Below are positions 63,804-64,000 of a stretch of 64,000 bases of DNA, one piece after another. The notes beneath the pieces are model-generated. The model worked only from the letters and a program-made list of their open reading frames with translations, was not told the origin of the DNA and made no database searches. Numbering within the stretch: the first letter of the stretch is position 1; the number at the start of each line of letters is the position of its first letter. Where the stretch lies: NCBI GenBank assembly GCA_963780225.1, contig CAWAAX010000003.1, positions 134,971 through 198,970 of the forward strand. The letters run 5' to 3'. The stretch is from an uncultured bacterium (GTDB lineage Bacteria; Edwardsbacteria; AC1; EtOH8). The position numbers and the translations under genes are program-made.

Positions 63804-64000
63804 ATGTCAGTATCAATCAGGATGACCCGGATGGGGGCCAACAAGATCGCCTATTACCGGATAGTGGTCGCGCCCACCCGCTCCAAGAAGGACGGAGCCC
63901 AGCTGGACACTCTGGGAACCTACCGGCCCGGGGCCAACCCCAAGGAAGCCAGGATCAACCTGGAGAAGACCCGGGTATGGCTGAAGAACGGCGCCATCCC
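63804..64000 (+). CDS. rpsP: 30S ribosomal protein S16 (truncated by window end)
   Basis: Manual translation MSVSIRMTRMGANKIAYYRIVVAPTRSKKDGAQLDTLGTYRPGANPKEARINLEKTRVWLKNGAIP; RBS aaggagg. Confidence 0.95.
   Translation, partial: MSVSIRMTRMGANKIAYYRIVVAPTRSKKDGAQLDTLGTYRPGANPKEARINLEKTRVWLKNGAI

Larger units (their letters stand above)
61693..63808 (+). mobile_element. AT-rich restriction-modification cassette bounded by an exact 39-bp direct repeat
   Basis: aacaaacaaaaaacatcaaggaggagacaggttaatgtc at 61693-61731 and 63770-63808; interrupts the usual ffh-rpsP adjacency. Confidence 0.8.

Overview
Chromosomal segment of a GC-rich diderm bacterium, probably anaerobic. The gene style suggests an FCB-related candidate lineage such as TA06/Edwardsbacteria, but this is inference only. 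All credible genes left of ~11.6 kb are on the minus strand: a C25 protease, a SAM methyltransferase, frameshifted mnmE, a REC-DUF4388 protein, jag, yidC, yidD, rnpA and rpmH. All genes to the right are on the plus strand, and the 500-bp gap between the two sets may hold oriC although dnaA is absent. The right part carries an orphan gcvPB / GlmL-like / lipoate-ligase cluster interrupted by two toxin-antitoxin cassettes, a DUF4388-roadblock signalling cluster, and a TonB-receptor / PorV / T9SS-like cargo locus. It then continues with smc, a CorA-like gene, ftsY, an FMN-riboswitch rib operon with nusB, fmt-rsmB-PASTA-rpe, a rubredoxin/FprA module, ffh, an AT-rich restriction-modification cassette and the start of rpsP. 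The most unusual signal is non-genic. The window has many short 7-, 8-, 9- and 11-nt tandem-repeat arms. These occur as inverted pairs around a four-helix-bundle gene, as empty hairpins, inside the FMN riboswitch, and as frame-preserving inserts in gcvPB, ftsY, fmt and rpe. The R-M cassette is flanked by an exact 39-bp duplication of the rpsP ribosome-binding region. No rRNA, tRNA or CRISPR array was recognised. All family assignments come from motif recognition by eye, not from database searches.
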